A DNA stretch of 61,311 bases from Carcharhinus longimanus (lineage: Eukaryota). This document shows positions 13,991 through 27,009 of the stretch, piece by piece; the stretch's first letter is position 1; every line of letters starts with the position of its first letter. The position numbers and the translations under genes were made by a program. The stretch spans positions 57,775,873 through 57,837,183 of the forward strand of contig JASCQW010000099.1 of the NCBI GenBank assembly GCA_030264375.1, given 5' to 3'. The notes under the pieces are model-generated. The model was given only the letters and a program-made list of their open reading frames with translations. It was not told the origin of the DNA and searched no databases.

Positions 13991-14049
13991 CCTCATTGCA
14001 ATTGGCAGCACTGAAGGTACATAATAGAAGTAAAATCAAAGCACTTCTG

Positions 14050-14145
14050 TTCTGAAAAAGGGTCATACTCGGCTCAAAACATTAAAGGGGTTTCAGTCTC
14101 TGCAGATGCAGCCAGGCCAGCTGAGTATTTCCAGAACTTTCTGTG
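14050..14145 (+). mobile_element. Penelope-like terminal repeat fragment (family 2) with decayed hammerhead
   Basis: ctgaaaa-a-gggtc-atactc-ggctc-aaaacatt, followed by sequence complementary to 21975-22030. Confidence 0.55.
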
Positions 14146-14768
14146 AATATTAACCTAGATGATTCAGTGAGTCTGCTTGAGGAATCGTCTACAATTCACG
14201 AGGGAAGACGAGGATGAGGTGTTGGAGATGGAACATGACATTTTGGAGTGGAAGTTTCAGCGATGCTAGATTCTGACTGTTCAGCATTCAGACGATGACC
14301 TCAGGGGTTCAGTGATAAAAAGACAAATTCTTGCAGAGCATCAGAACCAAATAAAGGCACAACAAAGATTCTCCGGTGATTGGCAGCAGATGGCAAAGAT
14401 GGCAACAGCATTCAGTACTCTGCAGTATCAGGAAGGATTCTTTATTAAGTATCTCAGAGTGACTGGCAACCAATCTTCTGCACATACCCCATCAAACAAA
14501 GAACGCCCTTTTATAGGCATATTACCCAAACAAGATACAATCTCAAGGGAGACTTTTAAACAAAAGCAGGAGCCTTTAGTTAAAGAGCAAAATATTGTAA
14601 CAATGTTCCACCTTAGATATCCTGCCTAGAAATCCCCCAGCCCTTTGCGATTTGATGTCCAGTGTTTGTAATACAACAGGATACCTCCATTCTTTGGGAT
14701 AATCCCAGACTGATCAGTTAGGCAACAGATATCCCCAGTACTGCGACCCCCTCTGGAATGATCCCTGC

Positions 14769-15543
14769 TAGCTGACAAGTGGCAAATAACATTTGCGCCA
14801 CGCAAATGTCAGGCAATGACCATCACCAATAAGAGACACTCTAACCACTGCCCTTTGACATTCAATGATGTAACCATCACTGAATTCCCCACAGCCAACA
14901 CCCTTGGGATTACCATTAACCAGAAACTCAACTGGACTCACTACATAAACACAGTAGCGACAAGAGCAGGTCGGAGACTAGGAATACTGCGGCAAATAAC
15001 TCACTTCCTGACTCTCCAAAGCCTGTCCACCATCTACAAGGCACAAGTCAGGAGTGTGATGGAGTACTCCCCACTTGCCTGGATGGGTGCAGCTCCAACA
15101 ACACTCAAGAAGCTTGACACCATCCAGGACAAAGCAGCTGCCTGATTGGCATCACATCTACAGACATTCAATTCCTCCACCAGTGACGCTCAGTAACAGC
15201 AGTGAGCACTGCAGCAGCTCACCAAAGATCCTTAATCAGCATCTTCCAAACCCAAGATCACCTCCATCTGGAAGGTCAAGGGCAGTGGATAAATGGGAAC
15301 ACCATCATCTGCAAGTTCCCCTCCAAGCTACTCACCATCCTGACTTGGAAATATATTGCTGTTCCTTTGCAGTTGGTGGGTCAAAACCCTGGAATTCCCT
15401 CCCTAATTGCATTGTTGGTCAACCCATGGACTGCAGCGACTCAAGAAGGCAGCTCACTACCACCTCCTCAAGGACAACTAGGGATGGGCAATAAATGCTG
15501 GCCAACCAGTGGCGCCCATGTCCCATGAATAAGTTAAAAAAAA
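14769..15543 (+). mobile_element. CR1/L2-group LINE 3' end
   Basis: ORF 14816..15145 LGITINQKLNWTHYINTVATRAGRRLGIL...IYKAQVRSVMEYSPLAW; ends in an A-rich tail. Confidence 0.9.
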
Positions 15544-16862
15544 GGCTGCCAATGCAGCTGACCTACGATCGGGGAACCTGTCAGAGCCAAGCTTCATTGT
15601 GAACATTGAAACCCAGAGTTCCGGCTTTCCTGTGAGCTACCTGACCACCCCCACTTCCCCCAATTCCCAGCACATCGGCAAGGAAATCCTCCCACCTTGA
15701 TATCTGACAACATGGTGATTCATCATCCTGCCCTCATTGGATACGGAGGCAGGAATCACAGAGACATGGGCAGCAAAGTAAACAATGCAGAGATTTCCGG
15801 CTCCTAATCCCTGCGATGCAAAGTAAAATATTTTGAAAATGAATCATGTTTGCAACAGGACTTTCTTTTGTAAGGGCATGTAAGCTTCTTTAGCTTGGAT
15901 CTATACGCACAATATTGTGATGATAGGGTGCTCCAGCTTTAACCTTTGAACTCCTACACAAGTTCCCATGCAGCCGCACCCCCACTCAAACGCCTCAAGG
16001 GGCAAATTATATTTTTGACACAACATTGTGTCATTGGCATATTTCACAATGGGAGGAGAGGAAATTGTTGGCATCCAAAAAAGGGAGGCAGAGAATAAGC
16101 GACGATCATTCGGAGAGTTCCAGTTTGAAGATACTGGAGTAGATTCCCTTTGGTGCGTTTCTTGTATCTGGCTGCTGGTGAACTGACCCAGGGAAACTAT
16201 TCTTTTTCAAGAACAGAAGATTCTCCTGGTTCTGAGAGTCCATGTGTTTCAGCTCACTGTTATTTTTAAATTAGCTGTGGGATAAATTAGAGGGTTAAGA
16301 ATAAAACAAAACCATCTGATGGGGAGGCAGGAAACAGATGTGGTTTGTGCTGTGAAAGAATAGTATCAGTTCACTGGCTTTTACAAAGCCACTTTTTAAA
16401 TTCCATTTTGCTGGTCACAAGGAAAATTTATGAGCTGCATTAACTTTTCCACTGCCACTTAATGGTTTAAGAACATAACTTTCGACTCTTTGAACTCTTC
16501 TAAGAGCATTCCAGAGAAATACGCTAAATATGGGAAAGTTTAGAAGTATTGATTTTTATAATCTGGATGCAAGGGACTTAACTGGCTGTGGGGGTCTCTC
16601 AGTTAGTGTCACAGTTGAACACCCCATGGATACGCTATTTTGTTCCATCAGTAAGAACTCACGAGTGGCAAAATAAGAGGAAAAACATTTCTTTAAAGTG
16701 GAATAGATAAAGATTCCAGTGTACACTTTCAAGCATTCTATTTGCATCACAGGCGAAAATTAATAGGTGTATTGAAAAAATGAGATCCTAGAGAAAGAAT
16801 TGCGATACTAGAGCTTGCTGTAACAAAATTAAGTGAAGTTTCCAAACTAGAAGTTACTAAAG

Positions 16863-17163
16863 GGTGGCAAGGTGGCACAGTGGTTAGCACTGCTGCCTCA
16901 CAGCGCCAGGGACCCAGGTTTGATTCCCAGCTTGAGTCATTGCCTGTGCGGAGTCTACACATTCTCCCCGTGTCTGCCAGGGTTTCCTTCGGGTGCTCCA
17001 GTTTCCTTCCACAGTCCGAAAGACATGCTGGTTTAGTGCAAGCCAGGTTAAATTCTCTCTTGGTGTGCCCGAACAGGCGCTGGAGTGTGGTGACTCAGGG
17101 ATTTTCACAGTAACTTCATTGCAATGTTAATGTAAGTCTACCTGCGACATTAATAAATAAACT
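16863..17163 (+). mobile_element. tRNA-derived SINE (tail B)
   Basis: Same head as tail-A SINEs but 3' end cacagtaacttcattgcaatgttaatgtaag...taataaataaa. Confidence 0.9.
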
Positions 17164-19263
17164 TATATAAGAAGAACTGCAATCTGTATTGTAAAGAGGA
17201 ACTTGTACGTAATGGGAAGATTGTGAAATATGCAAAATATTGCCATGCGTGGACTGGCCTTGAGAACCAAATCAAATTGGACTGGTTTGACAGAAACCAT
17301 GATTTTGGTTGATGATAAGGAAACATTATGTATGTGTCCAATCTCTGTAAATTCAATGACTTGTAGAAACTGGATTATATGTTTCCACCATGGGGCCCAT
17401 GCTACGCTTTTAGTAAGTTCATCTATTCCCAAGAACCATCATCTACAGCTGCTTCAGTTCCTCCTAATACAGATCTGGTGTTCTCCAGTTAATAGTCAGA
17501 GTCAAACCAAGTTTAACAAGCTCCTCAATATGATGAATGTTGCTTATTAAAAACCCATAACAAAAAAGGCTCCAAACCAGTGCATAATATAGAAAAGTTA
17601 CTCTTGACATAAAACTCAATTATAGGCATAGTTACAGAAATATTGGACTTTGGGTACAAGAAAAGACTCTCTTATATTTGATGGGAGGGTGTGTTGCACA
17701 ATGGAACCCATTAGCTTAGATATGTCTGACAGTAGGAGCAAGTTCAAAGATATTTGGCACTATAGCTCAAATGAAAATGAAGTATTTATCAAATTTATGA
17801 ATTTCAGGGCCACAAATTTGTTGACAGCCACAATTTTAATAGACATTTCTGTCTTTTGTGCCAAAAATCAATAAAGTTCAATAGGCTAGCAGGTAGTTTT
17901 GTGAAACCCTTTGGGACATTAAGGATGCAGCGTAAGTGCAAGATTTTGAACAAAAGAAGATGATACGGCGAAATGGAATATATTTGTCCATAGGTTGTAA
18001 ATCTTTGTATAAAATAGTTTTGAAAAGCTGGTACTTTTAAGAGGGGTACCATTTGCAAAATGGCTTCCACTACTGGCTGCGGGAAGATTTGATTCTATTT
18101 CTCCAGCCCTGCTGAGGCATTTCAAAAAGAAACCATTTAATCTGTTGATTACTAATAGTTACACGTTAACCAATCCCGAGGTTGTTTCTGCCAAAGTTCT
18201 AGGGAACTGCTTTGGAAATGCTCCATGTTGGTGTTTGAGAAAAGCAATGATCGCATTTTCAAACTGATGTCAGAATCTACTCTGGACAATTTGACTTCAC
18301 CAAAACTATCTCTCACCTTGGAAACATAATCTTTAACCAGTGTTGTGTAAATGCAGATTTGTTGGGTTCCATTGTGCAGGTAATTGCCTGAGTCTTGCAA
18401 GATTGGTCTCTCAGAAGCCAAGGCTGCGTTTAAGAGCCTAAGCAGTATAAACTTTGAGCATATCTGGTATATATGTTTGATTTCAAATGAGCCAGAACTG
18501 ACATAGAAGCAAGACATGGAGGCAAAATTTTAACTCCTAAAAACGGATTGATTGGGAGACAGATCAGAGGTTAAAATTGAGAAAAGATCAGAAATAGAAA
18601 CCAATTTATCTCAAACTTGCATCCTTCCAGTTTAAAAGGAGGCAGAATGAGAGGGGGAGGTGCGAACAATTCAATTGCAGGGGGTAGGTTGGTAACCTAA
18701 ATACTTTAGCATTTGTACAAATATGTGCCTCCATTTTAACAGCGATTCTATTGTTATCCACAGCGACTGGCCTTAGGGAAACCCAACAGGTGAAAGGAAG
18801 TCAGTCCATGAGGTAGGTGCCTTTACAACATTGCTTGTGGGTCATAAGATGCAGAAGCATTTCCTACAGGTTTTCCTGACAAGCTAACCCAGTAAACCAG
18901 TCCCGCCTCACTTCCTAACCAGATCTGTCTGTTTGTACAAACTATCATTGAACAACTATCCCCCCCCTTCCCATCTAGCCTCACTGATGACTATTGAGCA
19001 CCCACTAGGCCACATTTGGACTGCCCTGATCACCTTATTTCCCCTCTTGTGATAGGAAAACTCACCCTGTGACTGCAACCCCTCTCCACTGCCCACCCCT
19101 ACCATAATTAGAGCCCACCACCCATTCTCAGAACACTAACACAGTCACACTGTGATCCCATTGGAAAGTGGCCCCACTCTCCTGTCCTCCCTCACTCACC
19201 ATGAGAATGATTCAAAGTGTCCAGCTAGAGTGAAAATAGGAGAGTTGATTTATTTTTTGGATG

Positions 19264-20283
19264 AGTTTTCACACCCATTTTATGTACTTAGCCATTGAAA
19301 AAATGGTATAGTCTGTTTCTAGCTGCTGCAGGCAGCAGGTTGGGCTTAATTCACCAGCCAGCCTGTAGAGGGAGCTACTGCACATAAGCAGATCTCTGAT
19401 GCTGCACATGCACAATTTCAGCAGCAGGGGTCTAACGGACAGAGGTGGAGTTGTCAGACTGTTGCCTGTGGAGCCAGCCTGTACCAACCCTCCCCAATCG
19501 CAGGGTCCGCAGCTGACCGTGACCCCCCCTCAATGCACGGACATCTAGCTCCTGCTGCCCACTGCCTGCCTCCCAGATCGATCATGCCACCCTCCACCAC
19601 CCCATCCNNNNNNNNNNCATCATTACTGATCCCCTTACCACCCCCGCCCCCCCCCCCCCCCACCTAGACTGATCGCGCTCCCCCGTCCCTCCACCGATCT
19701 CAGAGTGGCAGCGGATCCCCCTTACCCTCAACTGATCTCAGGCACAGTGGCAGTGACCCCCTTGCCCCCTGATCAGGCTGTTCCCTTCATGCCCCGCCCT
19801 TTCAGGCCCCACCCGTTCATGCCCTGCCCCGTAGGCTGCCCCTTCAGGCACTTCCCCCCCCTTAGGCTCTGCCCCAGCACTGCACACTGGGCAATGCCAA
19901 GGTGCCAGGCTGGCACTGCCCAAGGAGCAAACTCTTTTGCTTTCAGCCACCCTGGGGAGGGCCTTAATGGCCTTCAGTTCCACCGGCGAGACCAACAAGA
20001 CAGTTACCTTCATTCATGGGGACAGATGGGCCTCGTTGGAGAGAATCTCTCCCGGGGAGGCCATAAAGGCAAGCGAGTCTGGATGATCGAGCGCCAGGCT
20101 CACCAAACAGATGAAAATTTAAATGTAAATATATTTAAATAAATTATTCAGTCTCTCGCCCATTTCCGGTGAGAGGCTGATCTTGCCAGAAATCCGGATC
20201 TCGTAAAATTGCAAAAGCCGAGAAATTGGGTGTGATTCTGACTCTTGCGCGATAGACAGGGTGAGACGGTATAATTTCACCCA
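19264..20283. mobile_element. GC-rich non-autonomous element, probably DNA-transposon derived
   Basis: GC-rich block related to 41232-42035 and 26445-26960; terminus gtataatttcaccc. Confidence 0.5.
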
Positions 20284-20449
20284 ATATGTCTCCTGTCCTT
20301 CTACGCTTCCTCTCGGGGGAGAGCGCTAGTGTAATGTGCCTGTGACCTGGTGTTGTAGGATTTCCTGCCCGCCAGACTTCTCGCCTGTCAATCTGTGGGA
20401 AATATAAAGATGCATAAGACATTTGAGAAAAGAGTCCTCCTGGACTTTT

Positions 20450-20710
20450 AAAGTTTATTTATTAGTGTCATAAATAGGCATCCATTAACGCTGCAATGAA
20501 GTTACTGTGAAAATCCCTTAGTCGCCACACTCTGGTGCCTGTTCGGGGACACTGAGGGAGAATTTAGTATGGCCAGTGCACATCTTTTGGTCTGTGGGAG
20601 GAAACCGGAGCACCCAGAGAAAACCCATGCAGACATGGGGAGAATGCGCAGACTCCACACAGACCCAAGCTGGGAATCGAACCTGGGTACCTGGCATTGT
20701 GAGGCAGCTA
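20450..20710 (-). mobile_element. tRNA-derived SINE (tail B)
   Basis: Reverse-complement match to 16863-17163. Confidence 0.9.
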
Positions 20711-21397
20711 TACCAACTTCAATATAGAATCCCCAACGCCCACTTCAACAGCCTGTCTCTGTGCTAAAAGCCAGTTCATGAACTTTCTTGGTAAGAATAG
20801 CTGTGTCAGTCTGCACAGAGAGCAGGGATTGGAGTGCCACTCGGTGCCGCTCTCTCTGCTAACTAGTTTTTCGGTTTAACCCTTTCATGCGTCAGTTCGG
20901 AATTACTGTATTATTTGAAACGTTGTCGAACGACCCACTTCGCTGTGGCAAGAAAAGAATTTCCATGGATTAATTAATTCAGTCTGGTAAAGGGGTGCCA
21001 AAATGTCTGACACAAACTGAAATTAATCATCCTTTCAATTACAACGGGGAGAAAAGGATTTGTTTGCAAATGCTGCTCGCAGATTGCCATTGATTCCTCA
21101 GAGGCAGAGGGTGACGTGGACAGCTTCCTGCTCCATCTGCGCTGCCTTCTTCACTGAGATCACTGAAGAAGCAGCCCTGTGAAACAAATTGTTCCCCTTC
21201 GGTTTCTGGCAGTCCGGTCACTGGATAATGAATTCCCACCAGAAGTTAAGCTGATTTTTGTTTTTCTTTCCTAGCCCAGAGCACTTAAACCAATTGTAGA
21301 GCCACTACCTACTGCTTTAGCGAGGGCTACTGAATCAGTGAAAAATAGGAATCATACCGACAACAAACCCTGATCTCTTTACCTCGGTTTCATATAG

Positions 21398-21690
21398 GAC
21401 AGCACTGGCGGCACAGTGGTTAGCACTACTGCCTCACAGCGCCAGGGACCCCGGTTCAATTCTGGCCTCGGGTGACTATGTGGAGTTTGCATGTGCTCCC
21501 CATGTCTGCATGGATCTCTTTTGGGTGCTCTGGTTTCCTCCCAAACTCTAAAGACGTGCAGGTTAGGTGGATTGGCCACGCTAAATTGTCCCTTTGTATC
21601 AGAGGGATTAACAGGGTAAACGCAGAGATGGGGATTCTTGCTGGTGCAGGCTCGATGGGCTGAATGGCTCCCTCTGTGCTGTAGGGATTC
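21398..21690 (+). mobile_element. tRNA-derived SINE (tail A)
   Basis: ggcggcacagtggttagcactactgcctcacagcgccagggaccccggttcaattc head. Confidence 0.9.
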
Positions 21691-21969
21691 CTCGTTCCTG
21701 GAGTTGTAATAACCAACTGAGCCATTGATGGAGCTGAAAAACAGGTGTTGTGATCCCCATGAGGGAGCTGTACACCAAAATAAGCAAATTTACTGGATTA
21801 CTTCCTCCCCAAACTGGAGAAATTATCAACACGATTGCATTTTTTGTAGCTTTTATTTTAACATGCGTCAGAATCAATGTAAATAAACGTGAATTAACAG
21901 ACAAACGATACTTCAGATAAAAATGCAAATTTCACTTATATAGCTGATACAGCAAAGATACATCTTACT

Positions 21970-22172
21970 CAAAACAAAAACAGAAAATGCTGGAAAATCT
22001 CAGCAGGTGTGATAGCATCTGTGGAGAGAGAATAGAGCCAATGGGTGCTTAAGCGAGACCGGAAAATCCCACCCAAGGACAATTGTCTGCCTCTCACCCG
22101 CGCCGATTCTGTGGCGGGTGGGACGGTGGAATTCCGGCTAACATTTTGAGTCTGGATGGCCCTTCATCAGGG
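21970..22172 (-). mobile_element. Penelope-like terminal repeat (family 2) interrupted by a MITE at 22043-22139
   Basis: rc of 22140-22172 = CC-CTGATGA-A-GGGCC-ATCCA-GACTC-AAAATGTT (decayed hammerhead); insert flanked by aat/aac. Confidence 0.65.
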
Positions 22173-22191
22173 TGTTTTGCTTTTTATGCTA

Positions 22192-22508
22192 CACTAATAC
22201 AGAAACTCAGCTAATGTTCTGGGGACCCAGGTTCGAATACTACCACAGCAGATGGTGGAATTTGAATTCAATAAAAAATATCTGGGATTAAAAATCTACT
22301 GATGACCATGAAACCATTGTCGTAAAAACCCATCTGGTTCACTCATGTCCTTCAGGGAAGGAAATCTGCCATCCTTACTTGGTCTGACCTACATGGGACT
22401 CTAGAGCCACAGCAATGTGGTTGGCACTCAACTCCCCTCGGGCAACTAGGGATGGGGATAAATGCTGGCCAGCCAGTGACACTCATCTCCCTCAAATGAA
22501 TTAAAAAT
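22192..22508 (+). mobile_element. Deu-domain SINE (SacSINE1-like)
   Basis: B-box ggttcgaatac, Deu core aaacccatctggttcactcatgtccttcagggaaggaaatctgcc, tail shared with the LINE end at 15470-15543. Confidence 0.8.
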
Positions 22509-23237
22509 AAGGTCTCTGCCCTAACTGAGTGGTCTCTCATGCAGCAGTGGGTTCTTCCACTGTTGTCAAATTGCCTTCTGAGGTGGGAAAGTAGTCCTAG
22601 TTAAATTTGGCTGCTGATAGACCTGATATTGGCAAAATAGCACAGTGACGGGAAGATATCGAACATCCCCTGGCACCTTCCATCTCTCAGTTTGCCCCTG
22701 AAGGGCTTGGACAATTCAGCCCCTCAGTAACCTGCAGTTACCTGATCTAATTCTTTCCCAGGAACAAGGAACAAAGGACAAAGAAAATTACAGCCCTTTG
22801 CCCCTCCAAGCCTGCACCAACCATACTGCCTGACTTAACCAAAANNNNNNNNNNNNNNNNNNNNNNNNNNNNNNNNNNNNNNNNNNNNNNNNNNNNNNNN
22901 NNNNNNNNNNNNNNNNNNNNNNNNNNNNNNNNNNNNNNNNNNNNACCCCACCCGACCTCTGCCCCTCCAAAGTGGCGACTCTGGGACCACCCCCACCCCT
23001 ACCACCACCCCAATGAACTTACCTGTGTCCCCCAGTGCCGTCCGAGTGGTGAACAGCCCAGAGTGTGCCTGCAAGCCTGAGTGCTCACCTCCCAAAGCCC
23101 CCTCAGGAGTGAAGGTGCCAGGGTCAGCTTTATATGGAGCTGCGGTAGATAGCGCCATTCCCGCAGACAGAGGGTGGCCTCAGAATCGGCCCCCCCTGTA
23201 GAATGAGACAGCACAACAGGAGGCCATTCAGCCCATC

Positions 23238-23648
23238 TACTGCGACACAGCGCTAGTGACCCGGGTTCGATTCCCGGTTTTGGTCACTGTCTGTGTGGAG
23301 TCTGCACGTTCTCCCCATGTCTGCGTGGGTTTCCTCCAGGCGCTCTGGTTTCCTCCCACAGTCTGAAAGATGTGCTGGTTAGGCCGTGCTAAATTCTCTC
23401 TTGGTGAACCTGAATAGGCGCCAGAGTGTGGCGATTAGGCGATTTTCACAGTAAATTCATTGCAGTGTTAATGTAGCCTACTTGTGACTAATAAACAAAC
23501 TTTATTTTACTTTTACTTTACTAGAGGAATTTCACAGTAACTTCATTGCAGCGTTAATGTAAGCCTTATTTGTGACACTAGTAAATAAACTTTACTATTA
23601 TTTTACTAGGGGAGTTTCACTGTAACTTCATTGCAGTGTTAATGTAAG
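23238..23648 (+). mobile_element. tRNA-derived SINE (tail B) with triplicated tail
   Basis: Unit ttcacagtaacttcattgcagtgttaatgtaagc recurs three times. Confidence 0.85.
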
Positions 23649-23649
23649 C

Positions 23650-23880
23650 ATAGAACAGAGAAAATTACAGCACAGGAACAGGCCTTTCGGCCCTCTAAGC
23701 CTGCACTGACCATGCTGCCCGACTGAACTAAAGCACCCTACGCTTCCGGAGACCAGATCCCTCTATTCCCATCCTATTCATGCACTTGTCAAGATGTCCC
23801 TTAAAAGTCACTACCGTATCTGCTTCCACTACCTCGCCCGGCAACAAGTTCCAGGCACCCACTATTCTCTGTGTAAAAAG
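23650..23880 (-). mobile_element. CR1 LINE 3' end
   Basis: acagcacaggaacaggcctttcggccc tail and gttccaggcacccactattctctgtgtaaaaa (rc encodes FTQRIVGAWN). Confidence 0.8.
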
Positions 23881-24739
23881 ACTTCAAGGCTTTGGAAATC
23901 TTCATCTTTACCAGTCTTCCCTTTCTCCCATAATTGACAGGATTTAAAAATCCAAGCTTAATATCTCCTTACAGTTGCCCCTAAGACTGGCTTCACCTTT
24001 GTAAATCTTCAACCTTTGGCTGCGCTGGACTTTTAATCTCAAACATTTTCTGTTTTAGAAGCATAGCATTTATACACGGCTCAGAAATTCCAATGGTTTA
24101 AACCAGAAGTTTATTGCTTTCCTTTAAGTTTTTTTATGCTCAGTATTACACACAATGTAAACTAAAGTTACAAATCCACTGCAAAATTTCTCCACATCTT
24201 GGATGCGTTGATGAAATAGAGAGGTGACTTACATTGATGTTTAAAACTAATATCATAAATTTCATGCTTTGGCAGGTGTGAAAGGGAAAACTGCAACCGT
24301 GGTTCCAATTCCAGTTCACTATCCAGTGATTATTGTCAGGAAGTATATGTTGTGGAAGTGCTGCATTTATACCCATTTTGACCTCTGACCCCATTTACCG
24401 ACAGCAATTGACCTTTCCCAACAATACAGAAATAGTAAATTGTAGTCTGTGTGTTTAACCACCTGCCGACTCTGTTGACTTATAAACTGCCAATAACAGA
24501 ACCATTGGCCTAAGAGGCAAAGGCCAAATGTGTTTTGTTTGGGCTGAATTTAATAAATGAATTGGAATGCACTGAAAATAACAGCATATTTACGGGATTT
24601 TATGAAACGTCAGCCACAGAAATATATAAAGTATGGTTCCACTTTGCTTTCTCTAGCTTTCAAAAAAATGAATTCTGTTTCCCACCTCTTCTCCTTTTTC
24701 AAACCATGTTCTTTGTCTGGGAAATGAGACAATGGTCTT

Positions 24740-24860
24740 GACTCTCTCCTTTCCTTCTCTATGAACAGTATGCTTCGTCTTTACAGCATGCAAGAAACAA
24801 TACTTTTCACTGTATACTAATACATGTGATAATAATAAATCAAAGCTCAATCAAATCAAA
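24740..24860 (+). mobile_element. LINE 3' tail of another family
   Basis: aacaatacttttcactgtatac...aataataaa followed by tcaaa repeats. Confidence 0.5.
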
Positions 24861-24867
24861 TTCTTTA

Positions 24868-25208
24868 TCATAGATTTTACCTACAGTGCAGAAAGAGGCC
24901 ATTGAGTCTGTACTGACTCTCCGACAGAACATATCACAGGCCCCATTGCCACAACCTCACGTGTTTACACTGTTAATCCTCCTAATCTACAGACCTTTGG
25001 ACACTAAGGGCCAATTTAGCACGGCCAATCAACCTAACCTTAATGCCTTTGGAATGTGGGAGGAAACTGGAGCACCCAGAGGAATCCCACGCCAACATGG
25101 GAAGAATGTGCAAACTTTACACAGACATTAATCCAAGCTGGGAATCGAACCTGGGTCCCTGGCGCTGTGAGACAGCAATGCTAAGCACTGAGCCACAATG
25201 CTGCCCCA
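24868..25208 (-). mobile_element. tRNA-derived SINE (tail A)
   Basis: Reverse-complement match to 11159-11478. Confidence 0.9.
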
Positions 25209-26444
25209 CCATGTTTGTAGTCACTGTCACTTCACAGCTTTAGTGACAGTAGCTTTGAGTCAAATTGAGCTGAGGACATGTGACTTTTTCTGAGAAAGTG
25301 AGGACCCCATTTCANNNNNNACTCCCAAGATCTAATGGAATCTCGTTACATTTTGGCTTCAATCCCCAACTTAGCCTTTATCTGAATTTCTGGAAGTTGA
25401 GCCTTTTAGAGGCTGCCTTATCTGTCCTGATGATTAAAATAATACAGTAACTTCTATGTTAACAGTTGTCAGAGAGCTTCACATAAATTACCTACTGAAA
25501 TTCGTGAAATTTTGTAACATAGACAACAGTGCAGCTCTTCACACTGGCAAGATTCCACAAATAGCAGTCAAATCATTGGACTGATGAGAATTTCCATGTT
25601 TACTCTGTCACAGTGTAAAAACCCTTGAAAAATTTACACCTTGCTCTATAAGGTGTAACTGTGCTCAGGGCATTACTGTTAAACAACCTTACTGGCCCAG
25701 AAAGGGTAATTTTATATTTACCGATTGTCAAATTTCCCTGTTATGATTCTCCATATTTGTTTGTGTTATTTTACCTTTTACCTTGATCTCATATATGTGT
25801 CCCAAACATTTATTTTTCTACCAGTAAAATGTAAAAATTAAGAGTGAAGGGTTCTGTGGGTTTTCCTGTCTGGATTTATGTCTGTGAGAATACTTCAAAG
25901 TGATTGGCTGCATACACTGCTTGATGCTATCATTGTTACTAGATGGCTGGGGATGCTCTTGACATGGCAACAGGAACAAACTATTGTTGGGAACCACAGA
26001 GGTAATGTGATCTTTATGGGCAACTTTCTCCAAGGTCAGTGGCAAGTGCTGTCTCTTCATTACTGGACACAAAATCCAACCCATTGAACAGCCAATAACT
26101 TGGCCTCATAAGGTATTAAAACAATGGAAAATTAAGTACAGCAGTTCCAAATATCCACCTTCAAAATATTCTATTGGAAAATGAGGAATGAAGAATGAGT
26201 AATGTAACTGAAATTAACCATGTTTTTGCTGTGTATCATTTATTAATTCAGGTGAAAAATGCTACCCTCATAATTTTGTAAAAATACTAAACTGCAAAGA
26301 AAGTTACAAAGTATTTGTGAAAGCTACTTCTGTAAAGATGTACAGATGTCATTTAACTTTCTATCAATTGTGTATCTTCATTTTTCCCCAATAAGTATGG
26401 TTTTGTATGTCCCAAGTTACAATTCAAGGGTAATTAAAAACACA

Positions 26445-26960
26445 GGGGTGATCTTAACAAAACAATTCTCAGTGCCAAACGGGTGTGAAAATGGGAGAGT
26501 TTCAGATCATGTTTTTGGTGAGGCCACAAATGAAATCTTACACCACTTAGTGCAAGAAATGATGCACAATCTGATTCCCATCAGTAGGGGAAGGGAATGG
26601 GGCCTAAGCTCGCCCACAGGCTGGCTGCTCACCCTAGAAGGCGGTATCGTGCATATGTAAATCTCTCTATTTTGTGTAACAGATCACAGAGAGATCTGTC
26701 AGTCACTCCCTCCTGCCCTCCACCTACATATCGTACATCCCACCCCCGATCGATGGCCTCCCTGGTCGATCGCATCCCCCCTCCCCTTGGATATCGACCC
26801 AATACCCATCCTTGATTAATCGCCGCCCAAATACCTGCCCCAGTCAATCACCCCCCAAAGCCCTGGCCCGGTCAATTGCCCCCTCCCAATCCCCTCCCGT
26901 TCTGTCAATCGCCGCTCCGGCCTATCACTGATCGCAGAGTGCGCAGCTCTCCCTCTCTCC
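26445..26960. mobile_element. GC-rich TIR element, one end
   Basis: 26445-26505 is the reverse complement of 41975-42034. Confidence 0.6.
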
Positions 26961-27009
26961 GCAGCAGTGAGATAAATAGTAACACTAACAGAATTAAAGA
27001 CTCTTTATC

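Noticed and set aside
16863-16935. tRNA-like A/B boxes here and in the other SINE heads
   Set aside because: SINE promoters without a complete cloverleaf, not tRNA genes
23436-23648. Regularly spaced repeats resembling a CRISPR array
   Set aside because: SINE tails in eukaryotic DNA; no unique spacers or cas genes
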